DNA of 64,000 bases from Camelus dromedarius (GCF_036321535.1 NC_087436.1:73224001-73288000), one strand, 5' to 3'. Shown: positions 24,630 through 38,454, counted from the first letter of the stretch. The notes: generated from the sequence alone by a model not told the origin. Made by a program: numbers and translations.

Positions 24630-27290
24630 AGACTCTTTTTTTAAATTTTCTTTTACATATACACAAATGCAGTTTTCCATAAATGCACAGATATGCTCAT
24701 ACTAAGAGTTGTTTCCAATACAATGTTTTAAAAATTTCTTTCCCTATTTTGCTTGGTTTTCTCTCTTTCCCTCCTTCCCTCATTGTTATCCATATTAACT
24801 ACCTAGGAAATTTCTCTTTCTATATTTCTCTTTATGCTTATATAATTATATGTAAGCATCTCTTTACATATAAACATGTGGCAGTGAATACACTTTTGTT
24901 TTATAAGGATGAGATCATATTTTACAGACTTTCCTATACCTTGCTTTCCTCATGCAACAATAACTCATGGAAATCCCTTCCAATCCTCTGATATGGGTCT
25001 AACTCTTTTTTATTTAATGGAAACGTTATATTACCTGGAATGAATGTTCTGTAATTTATTCACTATTGCCCTGTTGACAGCCATTCATTTTCTCCCAGCT
25101 TTTATGCAGTTAATGCTGCTATAAACATCCTTGGGCATATATTCTTAAATCTTGGCACTTTTCCTTTGAACAATCTCAGAAGTAAGATTTGCTAGGTCAA
25201 AGGATATATGTACTTTTTATTTTAATAGCTATTTCTATTTTTTTTTAAAAATCCTATAACATTTCACATTTCCATCATCAAAGTATGAGAATATTATTTT
25301 CCCCACATGCCCACCAGGAATGGATATCACTCTTAAAGTTCTGACATTTCAGTTAATTATAAGACTTACTACTTTAATTTGCATTTTCTCAACCTTTGGT
25401 GAGTGTGAGCATCTTCATTCTTTCATGAATTGCCTCTGAATATCCTTTGTCCCTTTTTCCACAAGCGTTTATCTTGTCAATCTGTATGAGTTCATTTTAC
25501 ATTAACCCTTTGTTCATCCTTTACAAGTATTTTCCCAAATCTATTTTTTATTTATTGACTTTGTTGATAGTATCTATTTCCACACAAAAGCCTTTTCTTT
25601 TTCAATTTTATACAGTTTCTCTTTTCTTATAACTTCAGAATGTTCAGTCGTGTTTAGAATTGTCTCATATTCAAAACATGCATGTGAGTATCTCTTAATG
25701 TTTCTTGCAGGTACTTTTTTAAATTGCTTTATTATCTATATTTAAAATTTCAGTCTGTATGGTATTAAGAAAAATTGTCCAGAACTTGGAAATACAGCAA
25801 AAGAATGGCTTCATGTCCTTTCATTGTCATATGAAACCCATGAAAGGACTATTTCTCTAGGCCCTCGATGTGCCATTCTTGATTTTCAATTTACTATTGA
25901 TAGGATCCAGACTCTAGGACTTTTCTCCTTTTTTTTATTGAAATACAGTCAGTTTACGATGTTGTGTCCATTTCTGGTGTTCAGCACAATGTTTCAATCA
26001 TATGTATACATACATATATTACTTTTCATGTTCTTTTTCATTATAGGTGACTACGAGATATTGAATATAGTTCTCTGGGCTATACAGTATTGTTGTCTAT
26101 ATATTTTATATATAGTGGTTAGTATCTGCAAATCCTGAACTCCCAATTTATCCCTTGCCACCCTTTTCCCCTCTGGTAATCATAAGTTTGTTTTCTATGT
26201 CTGTGCAGACTCTATAAATTTTCATGTTAACATGTAGGTTTTTCTCCAAATAGAGGTGCAAATTATTTCTGTCCAATAAAGAAAATAAGTCACAGTTTTA
26301 TTTCCCTATAATAGGCCATTAACCACTCTTGCCTCTAACTTAGTAAGTAAGCTTGTTTCAGCCTGCCTTTCTCGACTAATTCTTGAAATCTCTGTTCTCC
26401 AAATGCTTTCTGAAACAGTTTTACCATCCTGCTGCTTCCTCATTCATGAGTCACATCAGTCTTTGACTTGAGTTCAATTTATATTCATATGAGTGTCATG
26501 TTTTTAACTTTTTAGGCTTTGACACTGGAATGTATTTTTGTGTATAATGCGAGAGAGGTTTAATTTTATTTTTCTCTATATGAGTGATCAGTTAGTTCTG
26601 CCAGCTCTAAATAATCTACCCTTTTCTTCTCTAAATAGCAATACTTAATTTTTCCATGCCTAGAATAAAACTTGCTATAGAATAGACATGCAATAAATAT
26701 ACTTTGGATGAGCACTGCATATTTTTATACGTACTCAGTTTTACTTCTTGATTCTCTATTCAGCTCTTCTGAAATATTAGTCTGTTCTTTTGCCAATACC
26801 ATTAATTTGCTTTCTGTGGCATTATAGTATGACTCAATACCTGGGAAGACAGTCACTTTTGGTTAGTTTTCTTTTTCAAAATTTTCCCTCTATTTGTGAG
26901 TATTTATCCTTCCATATAAACTTTCACAACATTTTATCCAAGTCTAAAAAGAAAATCCCTTTTGGAATTTTACTGAGCCTAGTAAATTTGATAAAATTGG
27001 TGTCTGTTATTTTAAGCCCTTCAGTCTTAGGCCATGGTGTACCCTCCATATGTTCAGCTCTTGTTTCATGTCTTTCAATAACAATTTTATGGCTTTCTTT
27101 ATACAGGTTTTTTATTTTGTTATTTTATTGCTAAGCACTTTTTAGATATTGTTGCTATGTCAAACATGGGACATTTTTCCCATTGCCATTTTTAGGTGAT
27201 TTTTGCTAGAACAGAGAAAGACTATTGATTTTTACATCTTCATCTTGTATACAAATGCCTTACTAAATTCTCATTATTTTTAATACTTCA
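24630..27290 (-). mobile_element. Fragmented ancient L1ME (3'UTR and ORF2), antisense
   Basis: 'aatgctgctataaacatccttg', 'ttgctaggtcaaaggatatatg', 'ttttaatttgcattttc', 'agaaagactattgatttttacatcttcatcttgtat'; interrupted by unique sequence and a younger L1. Confidence 0.65.
25925..26205 (-). mobile_element. Short 5'-truncated young L1 3'UTR
   Basis: Same family as 23845-24123; candidate TSD cagactctaggacttttc / cagactctataaattttc. Confidence 0.92.
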
Positions 27291-27481
27291 TTTGATTTCA
27301 CATTGGTTTGATCTTTCTCTGGCCCCAAAGTGCTTTCAAGTAAAAACAAACCAAGAGCCCCCATGATTTCTTTTCTGTCTATAAGCACTTACATCACTGA
27401 CAACCTCTCCTTCATCACACTGAATATTTTCTTTTTCTTGGTGCTCTAAAACTTTCTGTAAACATACTTATTTTTGTCTAT

Positions 27482-27951
27482 TAAAGGGGTGCAGAATATA
27501 CCTTCCCAAAGTATACCACTTTGGTATGTGGATTATTTTGAACTGAAAGCAATCAAGACCCACCAGACTCAGGAAAACCTTTTACCTCTCCTTAACTGCC
27601 TAAAAGAATTCAGATCAGGGGCCCAGCTAGAAAGAGAGTTATTACCAGGGATAATTTTTTATCTGAAAGAACTATCCTAATGGCAGGGAAAACACCTGAT
27701 TACCAAACATCTGCTCTTCTCATCTTCCTGGAAACAACCCTCCTCCCCTTTGAAGCCCCAGCCCCATCCTGTCCCTTAGCTCAAGACGGCATGTAATCTT
27801 CGGTTGCCCAACTTGCCTTTGAGTCTCATTGTCTTTGTGGTGCTCCCGTAATACAAATTTTAATTTGTTTTTCTCTTGTTAATCTGCCTTTTATTGTTAG
27901 ATCAGCCAAAGCACCTAGAAGGGAAGAAGGGGAAAATCTTCCTTCCCTGCA
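27482..27951 (+). mobile_element. ERV1 solo LTR, MER34 family
   Basis: Start 'taaaggggtgcagaatataccttcccaaagtataccactttggtatgtggattattttgaactgaaagcaat' matches the MER34 start as I recall it; ends 'cttccttccctgca'; 4-bp TSD ctat/gtat. Confidence 0.85.
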
Positions 27952-29259
27952 GTATGTTTAAGTCATCCCCAAGAATAAAGGAAGAGCCTTGCAGGAACGC
28001 CATCTGCAAGGAGACTGTCTAAAAATCCATGGAGATATGCTAGATCTGGAAAAACATAATCCAGAGTGGCAGGAGGCAATGGAAAAATACAGTTAGAATC
28101 ATAGTTAGGGGAAAGGGATGTGCATAGGGACTGAGATGAGATAGTATCGAAAAAAATTAGTAACAAAGTAAGACAGAGTCTGGAAGCAGGTTAGATGGGG
28201 AACCAAAAACAGGTCAGGAAAAGTTTTCTCAGCACTAAGCTGTGGTCCCGGCTAGGATGCCCAAGGCCTAAGTCTATCTGGTACTGATGATGCTGTTGGA
28301 AAGCTGCACAAAATCAAGGATCCAGTCAGTCTCAGAAGCATCATGCACATTTTTAGAAAGAAAAGTGGCTTTATGTAGATACTTTCAGAAGAGGATATTC
28401 AAATTCGTAAATGCCTTCTTTAGTACTCCTTGCTTAATCCAGACACCTCCTATATAATATTCCTGGCTGTTAATTCTGTATATTTTTTGGTAGTTCTTTT
28501 CCCCTCTGGCTTTTAAAATAAAGTAAAAAGGGAAATGTGGTTATCATCTTTTTTATGAATAATATACCAATACACTTGGTTTTATGTGATTTAATCATAG
28601 TATTCGATAGTCTATAAAATTAATCACTTTCTGAGTTTGAAATAAACTGTTTTTCACATAGGAAAAAGATCCACCAAGAGCACATGTTTTTCAAATCCAT
28701 TTGTTCTTCATGTCAGCAATGTTAAAAGAGGCATTTCCAGCTAGCCTATACTTGTTCTAAACGCCATGAGTGACAGGCTTTTACCTTAGAGAAAATATCT
28801 TCATTTGCCATCATCTGAGTCAATATTGTTACAAGGGACATTTGATCAGACTGATGAAACACTGGACTCCTTCAGCTTGGGTAAATAGAAGACCAGTGAA
28901 ATACTCTGATATCATTTTTCATGGGGCCAAGAAAAGAAATTCTGCAGACAGAACAGCTGTATTCTTTTTATACTTTAAAAAAGAACACACAAAGGGAACA
29001 GACACTGCTTTCACTAGAAATCTAGGCTTAAACCTGGGGTTATCTGACTTTACTTCCCATCGCCTCCCACCACTTCACTCCAAAAGACAGCCGTGCCTCC
29101 TTGTGTTGTCATAAGTGGAGACGTTGCCTGCAAAGCCCAGGATCTCTGCAATATTTCTCTATGCAACCGTTATCACTCTCTCAGCCTCATTTAGCAACCC
29201 AGCTATTGGGAGAGAGCACTTTCCGCTCTGGTTACCGCATTCCTGGGCTACCCCCTCAG

Positions 29260-29527
29260 CAAGTGACTTTCAAACTTTTCTGAAGGGGACCCACAAAATA
29301 TATATATAAATATATATTTTACTGCACATCCCAGGACCCAAACAAACACAAAATAACTGAAATAAAAATTTTAAGAGACAATACTTACCCAGACAACACA
29401 TGATGTACTCTAATATTTTCTCTTCTGTTTTATCCTTTTCTGTTTTTTCAGATGCTGGCCAAGACCCACCAAATCAAAATTTAAGAATTCATAAATAGGT
29501 CACAGTCCTTGGGTTGAAGAAAACTGC
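29260..29527 (+). mobile_element. hAT-Charlie-type MITE
   Basis: Imperfect terminal inverted repeats 'caagtgacttttcaaac' / 'gttgaagaaaactg'; internal 'gacccac' motifs and 'caatacttaccc'. Confidence 0.65.
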
Positions 29528-29809
29528 CTTCATCTGTGCATGAGGAGTAACGTGGGAGGGGAAAGAACCTAAAGGTGACAGTCTGATCCCTGGGAAAGAG
29601 GTGCAGAGCTGGAGGGGACTGAGGGCCACTGAGACCCTACACACTGCAGCCATAGCTGTGACATAGTATGACAGCATCCCACCATAGCATTCACAGACCT
29701 CTAAAGAGAGTAGGAGGGTGACACCCTCAACTTGAAGAATCACTGAATTATAGTAACACCAAGCTTAGATCTACTTTCCTCTCAAGATCTAAAGTCCCAG
29801 GTGGGAAAG

Positions 29810-29900
29810 TCATCCACTCACTCATTCACTCACTCATTCATCTATTATGTAGTCATTGAAAAAATATGTTAGTTGAGCACCTACTATAAGCCCGAAAACA
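29810..29900 (-). mobile_element. L2 3' tail, antisense
   Basis: (cactcatt)n followed by 'ttgagcacctactataagcc'. Confidence 0.65.
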
Positions 29901-30069
29901 GAAACTAACAGGTTCTGTTGCTTTCCTATGATACACTATATCCTGTCCTCTTTATAGTAAGACCCCTGAGTATCACTGAACCCCATCATGTACCAGGAAC
30001 TGTGATTGATGGTAGGGACATACTGAAGAGGATGATGTGTTCCATAAAACCATTCACATTTTCTTAGCC

Positions 30070-30281
30070 CAATGTTTTTCAACAAGAATTCGATTTTGCC
30101 CTCCAGGGAATATCTGGCAATATCTGGAGACGTTTTTGTTGGCATGACTGGAATTTGTTACTAGCATCTGGTGGATAGGGTTCTGGGATGTTGCTAAACA
30201 TCCTCCAGTGCACAGGTGATCCCCAACAACAAAGAATTATCCAGCCCAAAACGTCAATAGCGCTGAGGTTGAAAAACTGTT
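30070..30281 (+). mobile_element. MER20 hAT MITE
   Basis: 'gattttgccctccagggaatatctggcaatatctggagac...gctaaacatcctccagtgcacagg...aacaaagaattatccagcccaaaacgtcaatagcgctgaggttgaaaaac'. Confidence 0.93.
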
Positions 30282-33200
30282 TATCCTTTCCTTTATGATC
30301 AGTGCATACATCGTATCTCATGTCATGAGATGAGATTCCAGTAAGCCAGCGGCATGAACAGCATTTTCTTCCTTGAGGTGCTAAATGGCATAGTACAGGT
30401 TATAAATAAATCAAAAAATTTAAAGCAGTGGGAGTTGATACAGAGTAAAGCAAAAATTAACCTGTGAGCAGAGGACTGTGCCCCATGGTGTGTGGGTATC
30501 CGTATGTGTAGGTATGGGCTGGGGGCTGGAGGAAGAGCAGGACGGAATGTGCAAAGCTGGTTAGACAGGCCAGGCACGTTTCCTACTCTGTCCCTCTTAA
30601 ACACTATCTGCAATCCAATCCACAATCTGATCTCATTAACCAAAAGGTTTAACTGGTACTGGATAGTGGAGATCTGGTTACATTCACATTTTTCAGGAAG
30701 CAACTGAATTCTTAAATAAACACATTGAACTTGAAAAACAAATTTAAAAATGAGTTCACGGAGACAAAGCAACATTTCAAACCAATAAAAGCAAGACACC
30801 AGGTTCAGAATGCCCAGTTTAGGAGAAAAAAATTACCATGAGTGATAATAAACAGCAGTAGGTCTAGATCAGGACTGAGTAAATGGTTATATTTTTCTCA
30901 AGTTATCCAGATTCTGGGGTAAAATCCAATTACTTAGAACTACTGAATTGTCCATAGGAAAAGAACTGTCTGGTCAAGAATTACATGCAAAGTCTATCTG
31001 AAACAACCCTCCTGATCAATCTTTCCAGGAAATCAGATTTTCAGTTTCATTTTTTTTTAATTGTCACTTCTGATTTTCTAGATATGGCATTTTGTCTTTG
31101 TTTTTTAAGCCTTTGGTTCTAAGGAGTATACTTGTTCCTTTAAAAACAGGGAGCTAAAGCACTGGATGTGAATTTAGAGGTGTTCTCAAAAGTACCCTTT
31201 CAACTCTTAGATCCTACAATTCTCGAGTAGAAAATGACTCTTTTAATAGAGCAAAAATTTTGACAGCTCTGTTTTTGCCTGCATTTCTTCCTATTTGAGC
31301 AACATTGGCTGTCCCCCGGAATGATCCAGCTTTTCAAATGTCTTGTTGAATACATCAGACTCTCCCTTAATCTCCATCATTTGGAAAGGCATGCATTATA
31401 TTTAAACCCTGAGTACATTCCTTGGCAACAGAAATACATAATGCAGTATTTTGAAGATGAGGCCTGTTTATAGCATTGCTTCTCTGAGGACAAGTTAGGA
31501 GATTAGTGACAATTATTATTCCTCATCCGGCTTCAGGGTCTCTGACAAAGGAGCACAGAACAGGAAGCAATTACAAAGAGCAGGCAGAATGTCAGCAGAG
31601 AGGCAGAATACAGCACCTTACAGAATCACCAAGGAGAAGGATTGAGGAAAATCATCCAAAGTAATTATCCCAGAGACCACTGGGGACAAGGCAAGTCTCC
31701 TGCCAGTTCTCAAGGTGCATCCTAATGTCACTGAACCCAGGAGGACTAAAGGAACGTTTGCCTGAATAATTGGATAGAATAAAGAATACAGTTCAGAAAG
31801 TCGGCGATTAAGTGTGCACCTGTAACTTCGTGCTACCTGTGGGGCTGTCTTATTTCCTTTCAAATCTGCAATTTATCTCCCTCCCCCACTCCTCGTCTCT
31901 CTCTCCATATATCCATATGTATGTTTGTGTGTGTACACAAAAAGCTTTTTAAAATTTTAAAGAAAAATTTGCATTTTAGAATTTGTATCATCTTCTTGCT
32001 TATCCCAATTTCCATTTCTTCACAATTTTGAAGTGTGTCTGAATAAGCTTCTTAATGAATAAATTTTCAGGATTACATTTTTTATGCAACTAGATATATA
32101 ATGGACTTTGTCATCCAATTTTAAGTCAAATATCAAAGTTAGTCAAACTACATAGCAGTGGTATCATTTGATTTTTGTTAGTTTCCCAAAACTATTGAGT
32201 TCCCAGCATCAGATTACTTCCTAGCAGTGAATACTGTAGGGTTTGGGATGGCTGTTTAACCAGAAAGTTGGCATTATTTTCACATCCATTAGGATTCTGA
32301 TGAGGTTTTCAATTTGAAGGCATTTGACAAAATTATGGAAATTCCTTTTCTTAGGAGTTTGGCTTTAAAGGAGAGATTACGAAGGAAAAATGTTAAAAGT
32401 GAGGTGAAGTATCATATTATAGGCTTAGGCTGCTAAACATATTCCCAGTTTAAATCTAGGATTCATTTTCAACTTTGTGTTCTGAAACTAATTTCATCAT
32501 GGAGGTTCCTCTGAGCACAGCAGAATATCTGGGCTCAAGAGAATTCTAAAAAAGATAATCATAAAAGATTATTTAAGAAGATAGTATTTTAGAACAAAGA
32601 CAGGAGTTTTTCACTTAAGAGACTCAGGAGTGACCACTCACATTTAAGAAAATGCTCCAGTTCACTCCTATCTCTCAACTCCATAGCTAAACAGTATCTA
32701 AGAGACTTTAGGAAGTTGGTCTTGTCTTCACAGCTAAGACTGCTAATAATCAGGGCCCTCAGGCTCAGTCTCCCCTACCCCCAATCAATTTCCTAGCCAA
32801 CCCCAACTCCTCTGTTTTCCCTATCTGGTGGATCTTGAATTAATTCATCTTCCCAGATGCTAAAATAATATGAAGACCTATAGTTAAAGCAACCATTTGC
32901 AGCCCATGGCAATGAATGAGCCTACAGAACTTGTGTAGGAATTTAGAAATTAAACTAATCCCCTGTCATCTTCATTAACAGTAAGACACTCCAAATGATT
33001 GATTTGGTTGGACCGGAATCTGGACACACCCTTGTACTCTAGCTATCAGCTCAGTTCCTGGTTCCTGAGAACTATGTCACCTCCCCTATACCCTCTGTGG
33101 TCTCTGTTGGATTGCCCCACCCATTGCTGGTCAAGTTTAGATCATCTGCCTATGGATTGTCCACATGTGGCATCTCTACAGCCAAATTAAAACTTCAACC

Positions 33201-33325
33201 AATTTGGCTTCCCCTGATCACCCAGGGAGCTCCTGGGCTGCCTTTGTCTCAGTCCAAATAGGTGTGTTTAGACAAGACAAGTTCATTTTAATATTAAGCT
33301 GAAGGAAATATAATCAGAAAAATAA

Positions 33326-33457
33326 GGGGGGAGGGTATAGCTCAAGTGGTAGAGTGCATGCCTAGCATGCCTGAGGTCCTGGGTTCAATCCCCAGTACCT
33401 CCAATGAAAAATCAAATAAATAAATAAACTTAATTACCTACCCCCTGCAAAAAAAAA
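33326..33457 (+). mobile_element. tRNA-derived SINE, camelid Vic-1 type
   Basis: 'ggggggagggtatagctcaagtggtagagtgcatgcctagcatgcctgaggtcctgggttcaatccccagtacctcca' with Pol III A box and B box, then (AAAT)n, 'taattacctaccccc' and poly(A). Confidence 0.85.
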
Positions 33458-34234
33458 TGATGAATTGGACATGATCAAAATTTTAAAAAAAATCAATATG
33501 CAAGGGGGAAAAATCATGGTGCATGCCAAAGTCAAGAAAAATTTAATCTGAGATTTTCAGTTCTAATTCAAGAAGCAATTCTATACATACCCCCTCCCAG
33601 GTCAACAATCCCCATTTGTTGAGACAAGACAGGGTTACAGTGACTCTGATGCACAGCCCCAAAGCACTGCTCCCAGCAATTTTTTTAAGAGTAAGCTGGC
33701 CTCTCTGAAGAATGATTCTCAATAAAAAACCAGAAGCTTGTTATGAGTGTGAGGATCATTTCTTCCAAAAGATCCGCTGTATATCCTGAGTGAGTTTCTC
33801 ACTTCACAGACCATTTTTATCCTCAGATTTCTACTGCTAGGTGAATGGCAGCCTCCCAGGAAGGCATTAATATACCGTTAGTCTGTTGCACTGTGCACAG
33901 CTTGAAACACAACTAATAAATTGCCTGTAAGTTTTTCCCATCCTCTTTAAGCTTTAAGTTTCTCAGGGTGTGCATGGTGGTGCTGAGCTGTCAAAGAAGC
34001 TGTCCCTGGAAAGCCTCTCATTTTTCTTTTAGTGCCAGCTCTTAAAAAGTCACAATGCAAAACAAATTACCCCCATAAAATTATAATGGCCAACAGGAAA
34101 ATTCATGACAGCCCTCCTCCAGGACCGCAGCTGCTACAACTCATGCCCACCCACATCCGTTAACCACCCATCTCCCCTCGCTCACGGGGTGCAGCTCCGG
34201 GACCCCACCCACCCAGACCACTTCTGCCTTCCCA

Positions 34235-35480
34235 GCAACCAACACTGCTGCTGCCAAGGTCACCAGTGACCTAGAAACTGTATAATCCAATGGGCAACTT
34301 TTAACCATTATTTTTTCTGACCTTTCAGGAAGATATGACATTTGATTAGTCCCTTCTACGAGAAAAAAATCTCTCATCAGCTGGGTTCTAAAACATCTCC
34401 TCCGTATCTGTTTTCATTTCAGTCTCTTTTGCTGTTTCTACTCCTCCAGCCTCTTAAACTGCTGGCCCTTCTCTCTCCTAAACTCTGTACTCTGTTCATT
34501 CAACACTGTCTCTCTAAGCAGACTCACCCTACTTCAGAGATTCAATTACTATCAATACACCAATAACTCTTGAGTATTTTTCTTTGCCCAAATATCTTTG
34601 TCTAGAACCTATATATCCAACAGCCTCCTAGATCCTCCATTTGCATGTTTTTTTGGCAATTCAAATTTAAAGCACCCAGAACTGAATTCCTAATCATCCC
34701 CCCTCAAATCCTCTCTTCTTCTCCATCTTAGTAAATGACCCCAGATCCACACAGTTGCTCAGAGATGAACCTCTCTCTCCCCATATTCTTTTCTCTAGGC
34801 AATCACTCAATCCAGTCTAGCCCATATCCTACCTCAGCCCACCCGAACTTCCCTCTTCACTGCAGCACACCTCCCATGAGCTACTCCCCCAGCCCCTAAC
34901 CTGCCCCATCCAATCAGCTCTCCACTTTCTCCACAAATCTGAACACTTCCTACCCCTACAGATTCCCATCACCTCTGAGGATGAAGGGGAAAACTCAAGC
35001 ATGGCTTTCCAGGCTGGGCACCACCCTGGCCACTCTTACTCCCATGCCCTCCTTCCTTCCACTCCCTCCACCCTGCCCACCCACTTTTCTCTGCTCCAGC
35101 CACATACATGTCCCTCAATCTATCTGCCCCCGCTCCTCTTTGGCTCTAGCCTCCCCTCAATGTGCTCCCAACACATTGCCTCCTCTCCTTTTCCATTGGA
35201 TTTATGCCTACTTATCTTCAAGTCTCAACTGAAATAACATTGCTTCTGAGAGACCCTCCTCAAGTCCCGAGATGAGGCTTATGGTTTTGGCTGCACGCTC
35301 TTCTAGTCCCTTGAGCATGCCCTTCTCTAATATTCTTTGCACTTGGATTTGTTGATTTGAGGCCCTCTTCTCCCCTTGTCTGCAGGTTTCATGGGTTCAG
35401 GGCACCAGGCCATCTCAGTCACCATGTCCCCAGTGCCTGGCACATAAATGCTGGCCAGTAAACTTCTCAGAATTAATCAA
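34235..35480 (+). mobile_element. L2 LINE (RT remnant through 3' end)
   Basis: 'gctgccaaggtcaccagtgacc', 'atatatccaacagcctcctaga', 'aactgaattcctaatcatcccccc', 3' 'cccagtgcctggcacataaatg'. Confidence 0.8.
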
Positions 35481-35719
35481 ATCAGACTTTTGAACCCCCT
35501 GGGGAGCAGGAGTTAAATTTTTGTTTTCTCTGTTTCTGGTACCCGCCTTACATCTTTGGCCTTCTATAGTCAGAAGGTTGTCTAGGACTGTCACATGTGT
35601 CTTCTGTCTTCTGCTCTCTTGTGCCCACACATTGCTTCACACACTCTAGGTCCTTGGTAGACGTTTAGTGATTGAATGAGAGGAGCTGGCCTCTGCCTGG
35701 AGGCCACAAAGAACACTCA

Positions 35720-35960
35720 GGAAGCACAGGCTCGGGATCAGCAGACCTTGGGTTGGGTCCAAAATATCACTCATGGTCTTCAGGATTTTAGGCAAGTTAC
35801 TAAACCTCCCCTAGCTTCATTTTCCTCAGCTGTAAAATGGGAATAATAATAATACTTAACTAATTGGTATCTTGGGATATTGGGAAATGAAATGTGTATA
35901 AAGCAGAGTAGTGAACATTTATACCAGCAAGCATTCAATAAACAATAGCCATCACCACTA
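35720..35960 (+). mobile_element. MIR SINE
   Basis: 'ggcaagttactaaacctccctagcttcattttcctcagctgtaaaatgggaataataata'. Confidence 0.85.
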
Positions 35961-36899
35961 TAACTAACATTATTAGAGCAACTGTCAAAGTGTAATTATG
36001 CCTCTAACAGACAAGGAATTATTAAATAAATGACAGTATATATATGTCAAGAAAATGATGTCACTATGATGTCACTAAAATGCCTTTAAATAGTGTCAAT
36101 AACATGGGAGAAATGCTCACTCTAGAATATTAACAAAAACATACTAATTTAATAAATATACATGAACCATTTAACATGCAAGTCACAGTCTTAACTTGAG
36201 ACTATAATTAGTCAATAAGACAAGTGGTCACTGGCTTCATGAAGCTCTATTCTAGTGTGCATAAAGGAACAAGGAACACACTAACTGAAGAAAGTAACAT
36301 CCCAAATGAGGTGTGTACATATAGCCCCCCAAACAGTATCACCTCAGTGACATGAAAAATGTATGGATAAGTAAATGATTGGAAGGAAATCCAACAAAAC
36401 ACAATAATGCAGTTTAAGGTTGTGAGGATTTTTATATACTTTATTGTATCTATATGATATTTACCTAAAATATATACTAATTTTTAATGTAAACCTATTG
36501 TATAGTTCTATGAATTTGCCTTCTTACGGGGAAGCTTAGAATTCCTCAATTCTCTGTCTGGAATCCACTTCCTTTTCTATTGCATCTCCTTCAGTTTTCA
36601 TGATAAAGTAGGAGGTAGATCACACATGACTACCTCAGCCTCCTGCTGTCTCCACACCTGTCTCCCTACCCAACAACACCAAAAAGGCGATGTCAGACAA
36701 TCAGGTCAAAGGCTGCACTGATTTAATTTCCTCCAGTCTCCTCTAAGCCAAGCCCCTTCTTTGCCATCTCCCTTGTTTGCATCTGTAGCCTCTTCCTCTC
36801 TAGCCCATCATTCTGCTCCAGTCTCTGCCACCCTTAACAACCTTCCTAGACCCTGTGGATCACCTCTAGCTCCCACCCTCTCTCTCATAGCTAACATTT

Positions 36900-38200
36900 T
36901 TTAGGATGCTCTAAACACTTCTCTCCACTGCCTCACATCCTATTCACTTTTAACATCAGCACATTTGCTTCCACCCACAGCACCTCACTGAAACTGCTCT
37001 CAGAAACATAATTCGTATCTTCATCATGTCACATACAAAAGATATTTTGCATTCTTCTTTTTTAAAGCCTCTTTGCTGACTTTTGCACATGCGTAACTGT
37101 CTGCCAAGAATGCTCTGTTCCATCCTGTTTGCCTGAATAACTCCTGGTCTTTTTCAGGTCTCAGCCTAAATGACACGAGAGCAAAAACATCTTCCCTACT
37201 TCTCCTCTTTGCACCACAATAAAGATAAGCTATTCTTATTATACACTGGGGCTCTCATAAATTGCTGGTGGAAACAAGGGGTTTCTTATAAACATATACT
37301 TCATATGTGACCCTGAAATCTCACTCCGAATTATCTATCCAAAAGAAATGAAGGCGTATATCCACACAAAGACCTGGACACAAATATTTATAGCAGCTTT
37401 ACTTATTTTGGTCAAAATCCAAAAACAATCCAAATGCCCTTCAACAGATGAATAAACAAACTATGGTACAGGCATACAATGGAACATTATTCAGCAATAA
37501 AAAGGAACAGACTACTGACACATGCAACAAGGTGGATAAATCTCAAGAGCATTTATGGTGAATAAAAGAGACTAGACACAAAAGGCTACATACTCTATGA
37601 TTCCCTTTATAGGACATTCTGGAAAAGGCAAAACTATAGGGAAAGAAATTGGATCAGGAACTGCCAGGGGCTGAATATGGAGGAAAAGAGTTGACCAGAA
37701 AAGGGCTTAAGGGAACATTTTAGGGGGATGGAAATATTCTATATCTTGATTGGGGTGATGGCTATATAACTATGTGCATTTATTAAAATTCATAAAACTG
37801 TACACAAAAATGGATAATTTTTACTGTGTGTAAATTCCACCTCAATAAACCTGGCTTTAAAAAAGGAAACAAGCAAAACCTCAGGTCAGGCTCCTCTGTA
37901 TAGAAAGCCATCTATGATTCATCCAACTCACAGACTGGGTTGAGCCACTTCCCTTTACTTGCCATAGCACCTGGTGCCTATGTGTTTCCCTACTGTATCA
38001 CATTATATTGAAATTATCTGCTTAAAATGAAATTAAATTGTTAATTATAGTTTTATATGTCTAGGTCTCCTACTGGGTGGCAAGCTTGTTAAAATCAGAA
38101 ACCATATCCTATTTGTCTTAATACCCACACATCTTACTCTCCCACCCACAGCCTGTCACCCACCCCATGACTAGCATATTGATCAACTGGTGATTAATGA
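36900..38200 (+). mobile_element. L2 fragments flanking an L1 insertion
   Basis: 'cactgaaactgctctc', 'gaataactcctggtctttttcaggtctcagcctaaatg', 'caagcttgttaaaatcagaaaccatatcctatttgtc'. Confidence 0.55.
37260..37865 (+). mobile_element. L1MB/ME1-like 3' end
   Basis: 'ccaaatgcccttcaacagatgaataaacaaactatggtac', 'ggaaaaggcaaaactataggg', 'gatggaaatattctatatcttgattgggg', 'cctcaataaacc'. Confidence 0.9.
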
Positions 38201-38454
38201 AGTCTCTCCACCAATTCACTTAGCAGGAGATCCAGTGAAGCTCCTGCTAAGTTCAAAACCTTTCCTCATGAGTCTGCCTCATCAAAATTTTAGGGTTTTT
38301 TTCCCTCCAAGTCAATATAACTAAATAATTCTTAATAAGATATCCATGGTTAGTGGTAAGTTACCTTTTAAAAAATACATTAAACTTTAGCATAGATGTT
38401 TAATATCTTTACTAATAATTATATACTAAAAAATTAATTTTTTAGGTAAGGAGC

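Noticed and set aside
33330..33403. Possible tRNA gene
   Set aside because: Degenerate cloverleaf followed by a SINE tail and poly(A) instead of an oligo-T terminator; this is a SINE head
36055..36076. 11-bp tandem duplication atgatgtcact x2
   Set aside because: Trivial slippage within an old L1 fragment
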